64,000 nucleotides of DNA, from NCBI GenBank assembly GCA_041691135.1, contig JBEPVF010000003.1, positions 80,327 to 144,326 of the forward strand. The letters run 5' to 3'. The notes beneath the pieces were generated by a model. The model had not been told where the DNA came from. It did no database searches and saw nothing but the letters and a program-made list of their open reading frames with translations. Positions 18,291 to 26,756 of the stretch are shown here, one piece after another; position 1 is the stretch's first letter; every line of letters starts with the position of its first letter. The position numbers and the translations under genes were made by a program. This DNA is from Candidatus Peribacteria bacterium. GTDB lineage: Bacteria; Patescibacteriota; Gracilibacteria; Peribacterales; Peribacteraceae.

Positions 18291-18896
18291 ATGCGCCGAC
18301 TCCTGCTGCTAGCGGCTTCGCTTCTGTTCTTCGTTCCTGAGGTATTGTTTGCAGCGGATGATCCCTTGGCTTCGGTGAAATGTACCGGACTCATCGGTTG
18401 TGGCGGAGGGATGGCGAATATCCTGTTGATATCCACTATTCCCGCTATTGCCAAATTACTGCTGCAGCTGGTGGCGGGTTTGGCCGTGCTGTTCGTCGGG
18501 TATTCCGGTTGTATGATCGTCTTCTCGATGGGTGATGAGTCGAAAGTGACCACGGCGCGTACGCAAATTTTGTATACGCTTGCCGGCCTGGCTGTCGCCA
18601 TGTGCGCGGGCACCATCGTCAGCTTGGTTGTGACCGAAAAATACCTGCCGTACAACCCGCCCGGCACGTCTGCTGTTTTGCTGCTCATCGGTTCGGCAGT
18701 CCGCATCGGTGTACTTCTGTTCAATGTTGCCTTCACCGTCATCATCATCTTCGCCGGCATGCGGATGGTCTTGGCCCAGGGCAAATCGGATGAGTTCGGC
18801 AATGCCATGAAGATGCTCACGTATGCAGTGATCGGTGCCATCGTGGTGAACCTGGCCCGGGCCTTGGTTCTTGTAGTCGCTTTCCTCGGCTTCTAA
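18291..18896 (+). CDS. VirB2/TrbC-like pilin with two tandem pilin domains
   Basis: Signal peptide, then two repeats of TM-(YSG/FAG)-G(D/K)..-A...(I/L).YA..G-TM. Confidence 0.75.
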   Translation: MRRLLLLAASLLFFVPEVLFAADDPLASVKCTGLIGCGGGMANILLISTIPAIAKLLLQLVAGLAVLFVGYSGCMIVFSMGDESKVTTARTQILYTLAGLAVAMCAGTIVSLVVTEKYLPYNPPGTSAVLLLIGSAVRIGVLLFNVAFTVIIIFAGMRMVLAQGKSDEFGNAMKMLTYAVIGAIVVNLARALVLVVAFLGF

Positions 18897-19291
18897 TGCG
18901 TTCTGTTCTGCTCTTCCTCGCCGGCTTTCTGCCCCAAAAGGTATTCGCGTACCAGATCGAACAAGTCGGCCGCGGAGATGGAATCGATGCCATGTGGAGT
19001 CAGATCACCAGTATCTTCCCACATATCGAAGGCAACGGCGTCTACTTTATTACAGGTCAGATTATTAACTTCGTTCTGTTGATGATCGGCGGCGTCGCTG
19101 TGGTGGTGATCATTTACGCCGGACTGCAGATGGTCTTGGGCCCCACGGGTGATTCCCGCCTGGCTGACGCCAAGAAAATGATCATGTACGCGGTCGTCGG
19201 TCTTATTTTGGCCCTACTGGGCGACGTGGTCATGGGATTTGTATTGTCATTTTTGAACGGTGCCGCGAGCGGCTCACCCATTGTAAATTAA
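18896..19291 (+). CDS. VirB2/TrbC-like pilin
   Basis: IGGVAVVVIIYAGLQMVLG..GD....AKKMIMYAVVGLI; start overlaps the upstream stop (TAATG). Confidence 0.8.
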   Translation: MRSVLLFLAGFLPQKVFAYQIEQVGRGDGIDAMWSQITSIFPHIEGNGVYFITGQIINFVLLMIGGVAVVVIIYAGLQMVLGPTGDSRLADAKKMIMYAVVGLILALLGDVVMGFVLSFLNGAASGSPIVN

Positions 19292-19397
19292 CGAGTCCTG
19301 CGTTCCAGGCTCCTGTTGAGGCGCGGCCTCTTTTTCGTCGCCCCTTATCGGGGAGGAAGATGGTAGAATGTGTTTTTTCTGCTACTCTCTTGCCCTC

Positions 19398-20921
19398 ATG
19401 ACCAAGCGTTCGTACGTTACGACGGCAATTGATTACCCCAATGCGGCCCCGCATATGGGCCACGTGCTCGAAAAAGTGCTGGCTGACGTATGTGCCCGCT
19501 GGTTTCGCCTGCGTGGCGACGAGGTGCTGTTCCAAACCGGTACCGATGAACATGGTATCAAGATCCAGCGCACAGCCGAGAAAGAGGGGATCAGTCCCAA
19601 GGAGCTCGTCGATCGCAATGTGCCGCTGTTCCAGGATCTGTATTCACGTCTGAATATTTCATTCGACCGGTTCATCCGCACATCGGATCAGAAGATGCAC
19701 TGGCCCACAGTACAGGCGCTGTGGAATAAGTTGCTGGAGGCGGGCGCTCTCGAAAAGCGAACGTATGTCGGGCTGTACTGTTCCGGTTGCGAGCAGTTCA
19801 TGACCAAGCGCGATCTCGTCGATGGCAAATGTCCGATCCATCAGAAAGAGCCGGAAGAAGTGAAGGAGGAGAACTGGTTTTTTCGCCTCAAAGATGAGGC
19901 CGGCTTCCTCAAGAAATTGCTGTCGAGTGACAAGGGTTATCACATCGTTCCTGATTTCCGGGCCAAGGAGACATTTTCGCTCATCGATCAGGGACTGGAA
20001 GACGTTTCCTTTTCGCGTCCGCTCTCGAGTCTCTCGTGGGGCGTGCCGGTGCCGAACGATCCGAATCAGGTGATGTATGTGTGGTGCGATGCACTCACCA
20101 ATTACATTTCGGGTCTCGGCTACTTCACCGATCATGAACAGAAAGAATGGTGGGACGATGCCGAAGTGACGCACGTGATCGGCAAGGATATTGCCCGTTT
20201 CCACGCACTCATTTGGCCGGCGATGCTCCGCAATGCAGGTGTGAAGACGCCCGATCGGTTGCTGATCCATGGCTTCCTGACGAGTGAAGGCGAAAAGATG
20301 AGCAAGTCCATCGGCAACGTCGTCGTGCCCGATGATGTGATCAGCAAGTACGGCATTGATCCGCTGCGCTTCTATCTGAGCCACGAAATTCCGGTGGGCA
20401 ATGATGGCGATTTTTCGTGGAAGCGATTCGGCGAATTGTATGATGCAAAATTGAGGAATCAGCTTGGGAATCTTCTCAACCGTGTACTGGTACTTCTGAA
20501 GAAAGACGACGGCAATCTTACCGCAGGGTCTCATCCGGATCCGGCCTTACTGCTGGATGACTGGAAACGGTACGCGCAGGCTCTGGAGAATTTTGAACTG
20601 TCCATCGCCCTCTCGGTGGCAACCGATCTGGCTGATCGTGGCAACAAGTTCATCGACGTCGAAAAACCGTGGGCGAAAGAGGCGGACGAAAAAGGAGTAG
20701 TGCTGACCCAGTTAGCCGAACTCCTTCGTCATTTGTCGCTCCAACTGCTGCCCTTCATGCCCGAAACAGCGCACAAGATCGCCCAACAACTCAATGTTCC
20801 CTATGCCGCTCAGATGCTCGAAAAGGACTTTGTTATCACAGATGAACTGAAGCAGTGGGGGAGTCAAAAGCAGTGGAAGAAGGTGGGGGAGCCGAAGATT
20901 CTGTTCGCTCCTGTCGAGTAG
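19398..20921 (+). CDS. metG: Methionine--tRNA ligase
   Basis: YVTTAIDYPN..PHMGH, GTDEHG, YVWCDAL.NY, IGKDI.RFH, KMSKS. Confidence 0.96.
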   Translation: MTKRSYVTTAIDYPNAAPHMGHVLEKVLADVCARWFRLRGDEVLFQTGTDEHGIKIQRTAEKEGISPKELVDRNVPLFQDLYSRLNISFDRFIRTSDQKMHWPTVQALWNKLLEAGALEKRTYVGLYCSGCEQFMTKRDLVDGKCPIHQKEPEEVKEENWFFRLKDEAGFLKKLLSSDKGYHIVPDFRAKETFSLIDQGLEDVSFSRPLSSLSWGVPVPNDPNQVMYVWCDALTNYISGLGYFTDHEQKEWWDDAEVTHVIGKDIARFHALIWPAMLRNAGVKTPDRLLIHGFLTSEGEKMSKSIGNVVVPDDVISKYGIDPLRFYLSHEIPVGNDGDFSWKRFGELYDAKLRNQLGNLLNRVLVLLKKDDGNLTAGSHPDPALLLDDWKRYAQALENFELSIALSVATDLADRGNKFIDVEKPWAKEADEKGVVLTQLAELLRHLSLQLLPFMPETAHKIAQQLNVPYAAQMLEKDFVITDELKQWGSQKQWKKVGEPKILFAPVE

Positions 20922-21056
20922 TTGTAATTCTTGTTTGGGAATCTTGATGACGAATCGTTAGGAGTTGACGCTTCGGCCTCACAACATACAGTTGTCGTAC
21001 CAGCTACTGTGGTGGCAGCTGGGAGCGTGACTAGTTCAGGATGAACTGTTTATGCG

Positions 21057-21086
21057 TCCCCCGCACCTTTCGGTGCGGGGGATTTT
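21057..21086 (+). terminator. Intrinsic terminator-like hairpin
   Basis: tcccccgcacc-tttc-ggtgcggggga-tttt. Confidence 0.75.
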
Positions 21087-21203
21087 GATGCCCTTGATTG
21101 CAGCTCTCCATCCATATGCTAGGCTATAGGCAACTCCTACCTTAATGGCGCATGACGCAGTTGCAGGCGAGGGGTGATTCCATTCTTTTTTCCCCATACT
21201 TTT

Positions 21204-21533
21204 ATGTTCGATCCTATGTCGGATCTCACGGATGATCAGCCGGTCGCTCAGCAGAGCCACGACGATATCATCGGCCTTGCGCGCCCGCCGCGCGGTGGCG
21301 GCCAGGGCGGTCAGGGCGGCAATAGCGGCGGTCGCTTTGCCGACGATATCCATTCCGTCACCATCCATGCGCGCCAGCGCACGTTCTACATCGACCTCAA
21401 GCAGTCGGGGAACGGCAAGTTCTTCAAAGTTTCCGAAAAGTCACGCGGCGGTCAGAAGACGACCATCATGTTTGATGTCGAAGATCTGGATAAGTTCATC
21501 GAGGCTTTCCAGGAGATGAAGACGAAGTTGTAA
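21204..21533 (+). CDS. PUR-repeat (PurA/DUF3276-like) ssDNA/RNA-binding protein
   Basis: IHSVTIHARQRTFYIDLKQSGNGKFFKVSEKSRGG.KTTIMFD.EDLDKFIEAF resembles a single PUR repeat; Gly-rich N-terminal linker; start uncertain. Confidence 0.8.
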   Translation: MFDPMSDLTDDQPVAQQSHDDIIGLARPPRGGGQGGQGGNSGGRFADDIHSVTIHARQRTFYIDLKQSGNGKFFKVSEKSRGGQKTTIMFDVEDLDKFIEAFQEMKTKL

Positions 21534-21535
21534 TT

Positions 21536-21668
21536 TGACGAAGCCGACGAAACCGACGGCGTCGAAGAAACCGAGGAATGTCCTCGGTTTCTTTTTATTC
21601 ACCAGACATATCGATTCTATCAATATTTTCGAATCCTTGGTTCCCTCGGTTACTTCGGTTCCGTCGAT
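21536..21668. repeat. 9-bp-periodic degenerate inverted repeat between convergent genes
   Basis: gaagccgac-gaaaccgac-ggcgtcgaa-gaaaccgag ... cttggttcc-ctcggttac-ttcggttcc-gtcga; supplies the last fmt codons. Confidence 0.75.
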
Positions 21669-22540
21669 TTCCTCCCCGTCGCCCACGCCTTTCCGCTTAC
21701 CGGTTTCTTCGAAGGTACCTGTATTTCGATCAAATAGAGTGTCGTGTTGTCTTTGCATTCCAACGGAGTTGCTTCCGGCTGCTCAGAGAGATCTGTTTTC
21801 AGAATCTTCAACTCAGTTCCTTCGATAGTCATGGTGACGCCCGGCCAGGGGACGAGGGCCCGGACTTTGCGATCGATCTCTTCGGCAGTCATGGTTGTCG
21901 GGTCTACCAGACCATCCTCACGCTTCAATTTTCGGCAGACGGTGATCCGCGATTCATTCTGCGGTTCGGCTCGCAACGGCTCCTTAAGAGTATCGGTGAG
22001 CAATGGCGCACTGATCGTGGCAAGGCGCTCGTGGAGTGTTTCGGTCGTTTCGCGTGCGGTGATGCTGATGGCACGGCGGGCGACGACGGGGCCGGCATCC
22101 AATTCCTTCACCATCTTCTGGATCGTGACGCCGGTCTGCGTCTGGCCCGAGAGGATGGCTTGATGGATCGGTGACGCACCGCGCCATTGGGGAAGCAGCG
22201 ACGCATGAACATTGAGTGGTGCAATACGGGGACTATCGAGAATACTCTGGGCAATGATCTGTCCGTACGAGACGACAATCAGATAATCGGGTGGTGGCAG
22301 ATTGCGGATAAGCTCAGCGTAGGCGTCGTTCAGTTTCTGGGGTTGCGCCACCTTTAATCCCAATTGGTCTGCCGCCTGTTTGACGGGTGGGGGAGTGAGG
22401 ACCTGTTTGCGGCCAATGGGCTTGTCCGGCTGTGTGATCACCAGGTCGACCACGAACGCCGAATCGCGGGCCAACGCCTCCAGACTGGGGATGGCGAATG
22501 AGGATGTGCCGCAGAAGATAATATGCAATGGGTTGGCCAT
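21650..22540 (-). CDS. fmt: Methionyl-tRNA formyltransferase
   Basis: IIFCGTSSFA, VITQPDKPIGR, LNVHASLLP.WRGASPI, LDAGP. Confidence 0.96.
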   Translation of the reverse strand: MANPLHIIFCGTSSFAIPSLEALARDSAFVVDLVITQPDKPIGRKQVLTPPPVKQAADQLGLKVAQPQKLNDAYAELIRNLPPPDYLIVVSYGQIIAQSILDSPRIAPLNVHASLLPQWRGASPIHQAILSGQTQTGVTIQKMVKELDAGPVVARRAISITARETTETLHERLATISAPLLTDTLKEPLRAEPQNESRITVCRKLKREDGLVDPTTMTAEEIDRKVRALVPWPGVTMTIEGTELKILKTDLSEQPEATPLECKDNTTLYLIEIQVPSKKPVSGKAWATGRKSTEPK

Positions 22541-22633
22541 TTGTGGAATTGTACATGATTATTGGTCGAATAGGCGGAATGATTGGACAGAACGGTGGAC
22601 GGACCGGATAAAGACGCCATACTATGGCGTCCT

Positions 22634-22960
22634 ATGTCCAAGCGTTCGTCTATGGTCGGCTCGGCGGTCCGCGAGATCATCGCGCCGGTGCTGCGTGAAT
22701 GCCCGCCACAGTGCGGCATTACGTCGATCACATCGGTCGATGTATCCGACGATTTTTCGTACGCGACGGTCTACATTTCGACTCTGCAGGAACCGCAGAT
22801 GGCGCTGGATTTTCTGGAACGCAAAACAATGGATTTGCAGCGGCAACTGGTGAAGCTCGACCGGAAAAAGATTCCGCGGCTGCGCTTTCGTTTGGATCGG
22901 CAGGGCGAGAGGGGAAGTAGAATTGATGAACTGCTGAAAGAGAGTGAGAAGGTGCAATAA
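22634..22960 (+). CDS. rbfA: Ribosome-binding factor A
   Basis: SITSVDVSDDFSYATVYIS...KIPRLRFRLD...RIDELL; adjacent to a DHH phosphoesterase as is usual. Confidence 0.88.
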   Translation: MSKRSSMVGSAVREIIAPVLRECPPQCGITSITSVDVSDDFSYATVYISTLQEPQMALDFLERKTMDLQRQLVKLDRKKIPRLRFRLDRQGERGSRIDELLKESEKVQ

Positions 22961-23070
22961 TCTTTGATTGCTCCAGGGGCATTCGGAAGATTTTGGGCAG
23001 GGCGCTGTCGCTTTCTGCGCAGTGCGTGCAAGTTTTTCGATTCATCGTGAGCAGGTGCGCCCTCTCCCCG

Positions 23071-23265
23071 GCCCTCACCCCGGCCCTCTCCCACAATCCT
23101 ATGCTGCAAAGGGAATCATGATAGTTCATTCATCACTGAGCAACAGACACCTGCCGGGAGAGGGAGCTGTGTGTTTTCTTGTACTAAGACAAATAGATCA
23201 ACACGTCCTTCCCCGTGTTGGCGTGTGGGGGCCGGGGAAGGTGCCCCAGAGGGCGGATGGGGTAC
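23071..23265 (-). repeat. MITE-like palindromic element, inverted copy
   Basis: Ends in gccggggaaggtgccccagagggcggatggggtac, the reverse complement (one mismatch) of the start of the 51911 and 53211 copies; internal ccctctccc/gggagaggg arms. Confidence 0.8.
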
Positions 23266-23382
23266 AAGGACAAGAAAAATTTTCATCCGTACTCCACAAG
23301 ATACTTCCAATCACTTGCAAGACCAGACCATTGAAGCAGGCCGTCACTCCTGCCTACACTCACTTCCTTTTACCCATATCTT

Positions 23383-24366
23383 GTGCCGATCACGTTGCAC
23401 GACGCAGAGCAGGCGAAAAAACTGCTGGCTGGAGCCACACGCATTCGCTGTGTGTGTCACCGGAACCCCGATGGGGATGCGATCGGGTCGCTCCTGGGAA
23501 TCGGTCAGTTAGTGGAGCAAGCCTTCCCGACGGCCGAGGTAACGATGCACTGTGTAGATCCAGTTCCCGAGACATTTCATTTTCTGCCCGGCGTCTTCCG
23601 GATCAAACCGTTTCCGCCGCTGTCGGATCTGTCGCCGGAGCGTGATGTGTGTATTTTTGTCGACTGTGCCGAACCCAAACTGACCGAACTGCACGAGACT
23701 CATGCGGTATTGTTCGATGGGACCTACAAGACGGTCATGTTCGATCATCATCCGAGTAACCCGCTGTTCGCCACTGTCAATTTTCTCGTTCCACATGCCG
23801 CATCGACGTGTGAAATTATCGTGGAATGCGCCGATCAGTTGCACTGGGAGATCACTCCCGATATCGCCACCTGTCTGCTGACCGGTGTGTACACCGATAC
23901 CGGTGGGCTGCTGCACAGCAACACGACACCACAGGTGTATCGGACGGTTGCACGACTGTTGCGAGCCGGCGCGCGGCGTCAGGCGATCGTCACTGCCGTG
24001 TTCCGCACGGCCACGGTCAGCACATTAAAACTCTGGGGCCGGGTTCTCGAAAAAATTACGCTCACCGAGGAAGGCGGAGCGATTTCGGCTGTCACCGAAG
24101 GGGATTTTCGTGCCACGGGCGCCGAGTACACCGACCTCACCGGAGCGATCGATTACGTGAACGCGATTCCCGGCATGCGGTTTTCGCTGATTCTGTCCGA
24201 GAGAGAAGGGAAGGTGAAGGGATCATTGCGCACATTGCGCGATGACGTCGACGTCTCGAAGATGGCGGGCAAATTCAGCGGCGGCGGACACAAAAAAGCG
24301 GCAGGATTCGCTTTGCCGGGCAAATTAAAGCCGGAAGTGCGCTGGAAAGTAGTGGAAGAAGAATAA
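23383..24366 (+). CDS. nrnA: DHH/DHHA1 phosphoesterase (NrnA-like nanoRNase/pAp phosphatase)
   Basis: HRNPDGDAIGS, FVDC, FDHH, TDTG, KGSLR, GGGHKKAAG. Confidence 0.9.
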   Translation: MPITLHDAEQAKKLLAGATRIRCVCHRNPDGDAIGSLLGIGQLVEQAFPTAEVTMHCVDPVPETFHFLPGVFRIKPFPPLSDLSPERDVCIFVDCAEPKLTELHETHAVLFDGTYKTVMFDHHPSNPLFATVNFLVPHAASTCEIIVECADQLHWEITPDIATCLLTGVYTDTGGLLHSNTTPQVYRTVARLLRAGARRQAIVTAVFRTATVSTLKLWGRVLEKITLTEEGGAISAVTEGDFRATGAEYTDLTGAIDYVNAIPGMRFSLILSEREGKVKGSLRTLRDDVDVSKMAGKFSGGGHKKAAGFALPGKLKPEVRWKVVEEE

Positions 24367-24469
24367 GGCAGGCTTCATATAGGGATAGAGTCGCAGGCGC
24401 TTGTCAGCTCTTTCTGTTTCGGAATCGGCATTGCTATTGATAGAGTGATCAAGATCTCTCTATTCTTTG

Positions 24470-25534
24470 ATGTTTCTGCGCTCTCATCGGCAGCACGGCT
24501 TCACACTTATCGAAATTATGATGGTCATTGCCATCATTGCGATGCTCGTCAGTGTCGTGCTCGTCGCTCTCAATCCGTCGAAACAAATTGCCAATGCCCA
24601 GGATAAGTCACGACTGAATGATGTCGATAAACTGCGCAAGGCCATGTCGCAATATCAAATCGACTTCGGTGTATTGCCGCAGGATGCCTCATGGCCGTCG
24701 ATCGCCGAAACGCCCAAGCCGGTCTGTGCACCTGGAAAAGTAAATGCGGCTTGTGTGAATTTGGATGCCCAATTGGTGACGGCGTATCTCACGAGCATCC
24801 CGCATGATGCCAACGAAGTGAACCCGAATTTTTCCGGTTACAAAGTGGCAAAGAGCACGCCGGTGCCAGTGGTTGTGGCGACGAATATGAACCATACCGA
24901 GTATGGACTCGACAATGGCCTGGTAGGTCATTGGAATTTTGAAACGCTCGGCAATATTGCATACGATGCCTCCTTGAGCGGGAACAACGGCAGTATGACC
25001 GGTGTTCTTTTGACATCATCTGTTCCCAAGACCACCTTTCCGGACACCAAAAGTGCCAGCTTCAGTGCGGCTACGTACATGATCACCGGCAATCCGGCGG
25101 CGTTGCAATTATCGAACGGAACCGTGTCGGCATGGATCAATGTGCCTGTCGGAGGCGCTGGTGCAGGCTATCGCGGCATCGTCACCAAACGATCCGCCTA
25201 CAGCATGTATCTGCTGAATAATGTATTTGGTGTGTACGATTGGGGGGCAAACCTGGGCCGCAGCTCGGGCGTGTCCCTGAATGATGGCAAGTGGCATCAC
25301 GTTGCCTACACATTCCAGAGCGGCGTTGCGAATGGGACGACGTTGTACATCGACGGAGTTGCAATTGTATCCACCACGACAAGTGTATCCAACCAGACAC
25401 TGGCTGTGGCAGTCGGGGCAGGAGGTCCGGTAGGCGGCATAGAGTTGTTCACCGGCAGTATCGATGATGCACGTATTTACAACCGGCTGCTGACGGCAGT
25501 CGAAATAGCGGCGCTTGCCAAAGGAGAGGGGTAG
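24470..25534 (+). CDS. Type IV pilin-like protein with C-terminal LamG domain
   Basis: G|FTLIE prepilin site, ALNPSKQ, GLVGHWNFE, WHHVAYT, F.GSIDDARIYNRLL. Confidence 0.88.
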   Translation: MFLRSHRQHGFTLIEIMMVIAIIAMLVSVVLVALNPSKQIANAQDKSRLNDVDKLRKAMSQYQIDFGVLPQDASWPSIAETPKPVCAPGKVNAACVNLDAQLVTAYLTSIPHDANEVNPNFSGYKVAKSTPVPVVVATNMNHTEYGLDNGLVGHWNFETLGNIAYDASLSGNNGSMTGVLLTSSVPKTTFPDTKSASFSAATYMITGNPAALQLSNGTVSAWINVPVGGAGAGYRGIVTKRSAYSMYLLNNVFGVYDWGANLGRSSGVSLNDGKWHHVAYTFQSGVANGTTLYIDGVAIVSTTTSVSNQTLAVAVGAGGPVGGIELFTGSIDDARIYNRLLTAVEIAALAKGEG

Positions 25535-25652
25535 TGAGAGATCAGCAATGGATCACTCTACAATTTTATACAACCGTTTTGTTGTATCGTAACTTCAACT
25601 AAGAATCAGAAGTACTCCTCTGTCACTTCCTTCTCTGCCGACTGTTGATATA

Positions 25653-26756
25653 GTGCATTCGATGAAGAAGTGCGCAACAGGCTGCCCAAAGACCGGCTTT
25701 ACTCTTATAGAGCTCCTCGTTGTTATAGGTATCATTGCAATTCTGGCTTCGATTGTCATAGTGGCGGTGAATCCCAGCAAACAGCTGCGCACTGCCCGGG
25801 ACAAAGAGCGTCTTAGCGAGACAAACCAGCTCCAGAAATCTTTGCAGCAATATCAGATCGACAAAGGCGCATTGCCGCTTGATAGCCAATTACCAACTGT
25901 ATCGGTAGCGGCCAAACCGGTATGTGCAACGGGTCAGTCCGATCCGACATGTTTGAGTTTGGACACCAGCAGTGTCGGGCTGGTCGGGCCCTACATTGCG
26001 CAAATGCCCCACGATCCAAATGAGCCGAACGTCAAATATTCGGGCTATAAAGTCGCGAAGGGTACGCCGCAGCCGGTGGTTGTTGCCACGAATCTGGGAC
26101 ATACGGTTTACACCTTGGAACAGGGCCTTGTCGGTCGCTGGAATTTTGAAGTTCCCGGAACGACGGCTTACGACGGATCTCTCTACGGTAATAATGGAAC
26201 GTATGCGGCGGGTGCTTCCCGGACGACCACAGTTACAGCGCCGCTGTCGGCAGGTGGTTTACCGAATACGGGCAGCGCATCATTCAACGGGGTCGCAAGT
26301 GCGGCGATTACGGTCACTAATCCTCCCTCCATGAACGGGCTCACCAGTATGTCATGGACGGCATGGGTCTACACCCAGAACTTACCCAAGGATCAGATGA
26401 TTACGTACCGCAATACCAATTACCTGCGGATTAATTCCAGCCGTTTCCTGGCGAACTTCGTGACGGCTGCCACCTCATCGAATCAGCAGTTCGCCGCCAC
26501 CAGTCTGGTTGCGAACAAGTGGTACCATTTGGGAGCCAGCTTCGACGGCACAACCCTCAAAATGTATGTGAACGGCGTACTCGATACGACACATGCTTTC
26601 ACTCCTTCTACCCTTAGCTTCACCGGCAATTTCGCGATGGGCAACTCAGCCAGCGGCGGTACTTGGGCTATGCAGGGGTACATCGATGATGTGCGCGTGT
26701 ACAATCGCGTCCTCAGTGATGCGGAGATGGCGGCACTCGGGCGCGGCGAAAACTAG
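25653..26756 (+). CDS. Type IV pilin-like protein with C-terminal LamG domain (paralog)
   Basis: G|FTLIELLVVIGIIAILA, AVNPSKQ, GLVGRWNFE, WYHL, GYIDDVRVYNRVLS. Confidence 0.88.
   Translation: MHSMKKCATGCPKTGFTLIELLVVIGIIAILASIVIVAVNPSKQLRTARDKERLSETNQLQKSLQQYQIDKGALPLDSQLPTVSVAAKPVCATGQSDPTCLSLDTSSVGLVGPYIAQMPHDPNEPNVKYSGYKVAKGTPQPVVVATNLGHTVYTLEQGLVGRWNFEVPGTTAYDGSLYGNNGTYAAGASRTTTVTAPLSAGGLPNTGSASFNGVASAAITVTNPPSMNGLTSMSWTAWVYTQNLPKDQMITYRNTNYLRINSSRFLANFVTAATSSNQQFAATSLVANKWYHLGASFDGTTLKMYVNGVLDTTHAFTPSTLSFTGNFAMGNSASGGTWAMQGYIDDVRVYNRVLSDAEMAALGRGEN

Noticed and set aside
20950-21145. SRP RNA, RNase P RNA, tmRNA or a known riboswitch
   Set aside because: None of their hallmark motifs could be identified by eye; left as an unassigned candidate RNA.
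22968-23645. 225-aa ORF spanning the rbfA-nrnA gap
   Set aside because: Reads through the MITE-like repeat and out of frame into nrnA; the repeat-derived peptide (PGKVP.RADGV) also appears in spurious ORFs at 51747-51983 and 53055-53252.
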